Virus record (IMG/VR): IMGVR_UViG_3300030376_006739
Location: 1-26,395 of that record
Reading direction: 5' to 3' (one strand)
Length of the DNA: 26,395 nt
From: a virus
Taxonomy: Duplodnaviria > Caudoviricetes
In this document: positions 23,317 through 26,395 of the stretch, in pieces
Layout of the letters: every line of letters begins with the position of its first letter
Numbering within the stretch: the stretch's first letter is position 1
The notes under the pieces: generated by a model
Database searches by the model: none
Told to the model about the DNA's origin: nothing
The model's input: only the letters and a program-made list of their open reading frames with translations
Translations under genes and position numbers: made by a program

Positions 23317-24528
23317 ATGGCATATAATTCAACATCTTGGACAACAGACGGTTTAAGCAAAGCAACAAATTCAACATCAACTAACGATAGTTTAAGTATT
23401 GATGGTACATTAACTGTTGGCGGAGCTTCTACATTAACCTCAACATTAACAATAGGTGTTAACGATACAGGTCATGATGTTAAGTTTTTTGGAGCTACAA
23501 GTGGAAGTTTTATGTTGTGGGATGAATCTGATGATGCTTTAGAGCTAACTGATAGTAGCCCTATAAAAATTGGTGATGGTGGAGATATGACTATATATCA
23601 TGATGGGTCAAATTCTTATGTAACTAATGCTACAGGAGCATTAAAAATAGCAACTGAAGCAAGTGGTATTGCTGTATCAATAGGCCATACAACATCCGAA
23701 ACTACGGTCAATGATAATTTAACTATTACAGGAAATGTTGACATTGTAAGCAATTCTTCTACAGAATTAAATTTTTCTTCAGGTAGCGGAAGTGATGTTG
23801 CTAATATTTATTCAGATGGAAATATGCTTATTAAGGCAGCAGCAAGCAAACAAATTAATATAGGAACTAATAATCAAACGGATAGTGTAATTATAGATTC
23901 TTCTGAAAATGTTACATTGCAAGGTACATTGCAAGTAAATGGAAATGTCATAAAAGCATCAGATGGTGGGAATACTATTACAATGGATACATCTGATAAT
24001 GTAACAATTGCTGGTGATTTGACCGTGACTGGCGGAGATATTAATTTATCAGGTGAAGCATCTCAAATTACTTTAATTGACAATACTACTGGAGCCCTTC
24101 AAATTGGTTCAGATGGTAATTTAGATGTTATTAAAGTTAATACTTCAGATAATTCTGCTGTTTTACAAATAAATGGAGATAGGACTGGTAGCGCTCCTAT
24201 TGCCATTACTGCATTAGATATTGAAGGTAGTGGAATTTTAGCTGAGAATCTCGATGATGGTTATGTTTCAAGTATGTCTATAGACCCTTTGTATTCTGGT
24301 AATTATACATTGACTCGTCATAATTATATTAAACTTGAGCAACCACAATTGCTTGGTAGTGCAGCTATTACAGATGCATGTGTGTTTAGTTTTGATGCAA
24401 ATAAAGGAACTCATAAAGCTATAGATAGTGGAAGTGCGCATCCTGATATAGATACCGCAGATGCTTGGATGAAAATTAATATTAATGGTACGGTGCATTA
24501 TATTCCATGCTATACGGATAAATCTTAA
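23317..24528 (+). CDS. Tail fibre/spike-like beta-repeat protein
   Basis: G/S/T/N-rich repeats (IDGTLTVGG, VNDNLTITG, LQGTLQVNG, IAGDLTVTGG); C-terminal ININGTVHYIPCY. Confidence 0.7.
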   Translation: MAYNSTSWTTDGLSKATNSTSTNDSLSIDGTLTVGGASTLTSTLTIGVNDTGHDVKFFGATSGSFMLWDESDDALELTDSSPIKIGDGGDMTIYHDGSNSYVTNATGALKIATEASGIAVSIGHTTSETTVNDNLTITGNVDIVSNSSTELNFSSGSGSDVANIYSDGNMLIKAAASKQINIGTNNQTDSVIIDSSENVTLQGTLQVNGNVIKASDGGNTITMDTSDNVTIAGDLTVTGGDINLSGEASQITLIDNTTGALQIGSDGNLDVIKVNTSDNSAVLQINGDRTGSAPIAITALDIEGSGILAENLDDGYVSSMSIDPLYSGNYTLTRHNYIKLEQPQLLGSAAITDACVFSFDANKGTHKAIDSGSAHPDIDTADAWMKININGTVHYIPCYTDKS

Positions 24529-24545
24529 TAAATAGGAATAATAAA

Positions 24546-24707
24546 ATGAGCAAAGAGGTAAAAGAGGTAAAAGAAAAAAAACAAATAAGTATTGATGAAG
24601 CAATTGAAAACATACAAAATCAATTGCAAAATTATAAAATAATGACAATTAAAGCAGAAGGAGCTCTTGAGGTTCTTATGCAATTAAAAAAGGATGAAGA
24701 TGGATAA
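24546..24707 (+). CDS. 53-aa coiled-coil protein (not in ORF track)
   Basis: MSKEVKEVKEKKQISIDEAIENIQNQLQNYKIMTIKAEGALEVLMQLKKDEDG. Confidence 0.68.
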   Translation: MSKEVKEVKEKKQISIDEAIENIQNQLQNYKIMTIKAEGALEVLMQLKKDEDG

Positions 24708-24852
24708 AGATACGCTTATGACGGTTGCTCAAGGAGCAGGTGGTGTAGCATTGAGCTTTTGGGAAGTTCTTCCTGATATGTTAAGGCTTGGGATATTAGG
24801 GGCTACATTTATACATATATTAGTAAAAATTATAAAAGATTATAATAAATAA
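24700..24852 (+). CDS. 50-aa membrane protein, holin candidate (not in ORF track)
   Basis: MDKDTLMTVAQGAGGVALSFWEVLPDMLRLGILGATFIHILVKIIKDYNK: two hydrophobic segments and a charged tail. Confidence 0.55.
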   Translation: MDKDTLMTVAQGAGGVALSFWEVLPDMLRLGILGATFIHILVKIIKDYNK

Positions 24853-24907
24853 TACACTCACGGTCTGGTCAAGACCTTAAAGTATAACTCTTGAAAGGAG
24901 AATAAAA

Positions 24908-25264
24908 ATGACAAAACCATTACATAAATATACGGTAGCAGAAGCAAGTAACTTGCAAGTATATGAAGATTATAAATCAGAACAAGTAACTCTTGAAACA
25001 GCTTATGGAACTACTGGAGATAAAGGAGAAAGTGCTGATTGGGCAGGTAATCCAGCTAAAGAAATTATGTTAATTCCTTATAGCACCAATGATGCGACTG
25101 ACCAAATCAAAGTTAAATTAAAGATTAATGGAACATATGGAGATGAAATAATATTGCTTTATAATGATTTTCCACTAACTATAAGCAATTTATTGATAGA
25201 CCAAGTTAATATGAAAACCGATGAAGGTAGTGATGAAGTTTTTACAATAATATCTTTTCATTAA
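24908..25264 (+). CDS. Hypothetical (probable virion) protein
   Basis: AAGGAG RBS; acidic, beta-rich. Confidence 0.7.
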   Translation: MTKPLHKYTVAEASNLQVYEDYKSEQVTLETAYGTTGDKGESADWAGNPAKEIMLIPYSTNDATDQIKVKLKINGTYGDEIILLYNDFPLTISNLLIDQVNMKTDEGSDEVFTIISFH

Positions 25265-25273
25265 GGAGATTTC

Positions 25274-26197
25274 ATGGCTACGATAGGTAAAAGAAAAATA
25301 CTTATTAGCAATAAGGATTTAAATCAAGCAATTCTAAAAAAGAATAAATCTCTTGATGCTAGGAATAAGACACTTGGTAACAATATCAAGGATAAAGAAA
25401 GTGAAATTAAATCATTAGATAAAGAAAATAAATCTTTAAATAATGAAATCAAATCAATTTCAAAAGAAATTTCTAGTAGTAAAAGTTTATTGTCCAAAGA
25501 AAAACTCAAATTATATGATATGTCCAAAAATGTTGAAGATAGGGAGTCCCATCTTTTAACTCTTAAGAATGAAGAAAGTTCCATTAATAAGAATGTTAAA
25601 GTACTTAAAAATGAGGCATTAAAGTTAAATGATGACATTGCTTACCTTGAGACTAAAAAGAAGAAGGCGGATGATTTAATTGCGGATGTTGATTATTTTC
25701 AAAAACAAAAAGATATAAAGGAAAATGAGTTGAATGAGATTCAAAGAAAATATAGGGCTATTAAAGAAGATATATCCAATCAAGAATTATATTTCAAAGA
25801 TAAATCAGTTGAATATAACAAGCAAATTACAGAAATGTCAGATGAGGCTAAGAAGGTATCTGCAAAAATTAAAGTAATTCAAAAAGATGCGGATGAAGAA
25901 AAAGCTAAATATGATGATGCTTGTGCTAAATTAAAAGAAATGAAAGAAGATAAGTCTCTTGAATTAAAATCTGTTGAATCTTTGGTTGGTAAAAAAGAAG
26001 ATGAATATATCATGTGGGAACGAAAGCTTGAAAAGATTAAAGATTCTTATGAGTCTGAGCAAGAAAGAATATCTAAAATTAAAGGCAACTTTGAAAAATG
26101 GAAAGTTAATTCATTGGAAGGGGTTGCAAGAATGAAGCTTAAAAATAAGATGGAAAAAATTGATAAGGCTGGATTGAAGGAAATTCTAAATGGCTGA
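25274..26197 (+). CDS. Long K/E-rich coiled-coil protein
   Basis: Heptad-like pattern over ~280 aa; AAGGAG RBS. Confidence 0.75.
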   Translation: MATIGKRKILISNKDLNQAILKKNKSLDARNKTLGNNIKDKESEIKSLDKENKSLNNEIKSISKEISSSKSLLSKEKLKLYDMSKNVEDRESHLLTLKNEESSINKNVKVLKNEALKLNDDIAYLETKKKKADDLIADVDYFQKQKDIKENELNEIQRKYRAIKEDISNQELYFKDKSVEYNKQITEMSDEAKKVSAKIKVIQKDADEEKAKYDDACAKLKEMKEDKSLELKSVESLVGKKEDEYIMWERKLEKIKDSYESEQERISKIKGNFEKWKVNSLEGVARMKLKNKMEKIDKAGLKEILNG

Positions 26198-26395
26198 TAT
26201 AGGAAAAAGTGCAGTAAGAATTATTGATAGCGATAATGATGTTGTATCAGTAACCAATAATAAGCTTGATGTAAATGCTTATCTAAATGCTACTCCTACA
26301 ATTGATATTGGAGATGTTTCTTTATTGCTAGGAGGTACTGCTGCAGATACAAATAACGGTACCGCAGGTGCTCAAACTTTACGAGTAACTATAGC
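26190..26395 (+). CDS. Partial ORF, probable virion protein
   Basis: MADIGKSAVRIIDSDNDVVSVTNNKLDVNA...GAQTLRVTI, open to the window end. Confidence 0.65.
   Translation, partial: MADIGKSAVRIIDSDNDVVSVTNNKLDVNAYLNATPTIDIGDVSLLLGGTAADTNNGTAGAQTLRVTI

Noticed and set aside
24862-24876. GGTCT-GGTCA-AGACC hairpin
   Set aside because: Only 5 bp with no U-tract; too weak to call alone
13307-25638. Antisense or alternate-frame ORFs in the structural arm (13307, 14187, 15230, 15519, 16162, 18661, 18854, 19038, 19839, 21235, 24268, 25324)
   Set aside because: Overlap clearly identified genes; no independent support
1-26395. Stop-codon reassignment, or introns/inteins in core genes
   Set aside because: TerL, portal and capsid are uninterrupted and of normal size in the standard code

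Overview
This window is a segment of an AT-rich tailed dsDNA phage genome (Caudoviricetes, podovirus-like head module) with two divergent arms that switch strand at about 11,750. The minus-strand arm (1-11,616) carries about 35 small early/middle genes. These include a GP88-like Cys-rich protein, an operon of RHH regulator, Cas4-like PD-(D/E)XK nuclease, Sak3-like annealase, SSB-like protein and small HTH protein, an N4C/N6A DNA methyltransferase and a DUF3310 protein. The plus-strand arm (13,054 to the end) carries TerS, GH108 lysozyme, TerL, portal, scaffold, major capsid, head-completion and tail proteins. Between the arms lie a terminator-bounded divergent three-gene cassette and a G-tract/AT-rich non-coding segment (candidate pac/ori). 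The most unusual signal is non-coding: a ~430-nt tandem cluster of multi-stem RNA-like modules at 8,628-9,050, with G-U wobbles on the transcribed strand, identical 9-nt linkers and motifs shared with a separate module at 10,795-10,864. Other signals are a 15-nt motif repeated in three early 5' UTRs, an AT-rich element present both inside the Cas4-like gene and upstream of terS, apparently leaderless terS and portal mRNAs, and GATC/CCGG avoidance. All calls come from motif recognition and folding by eye; no searches were run.
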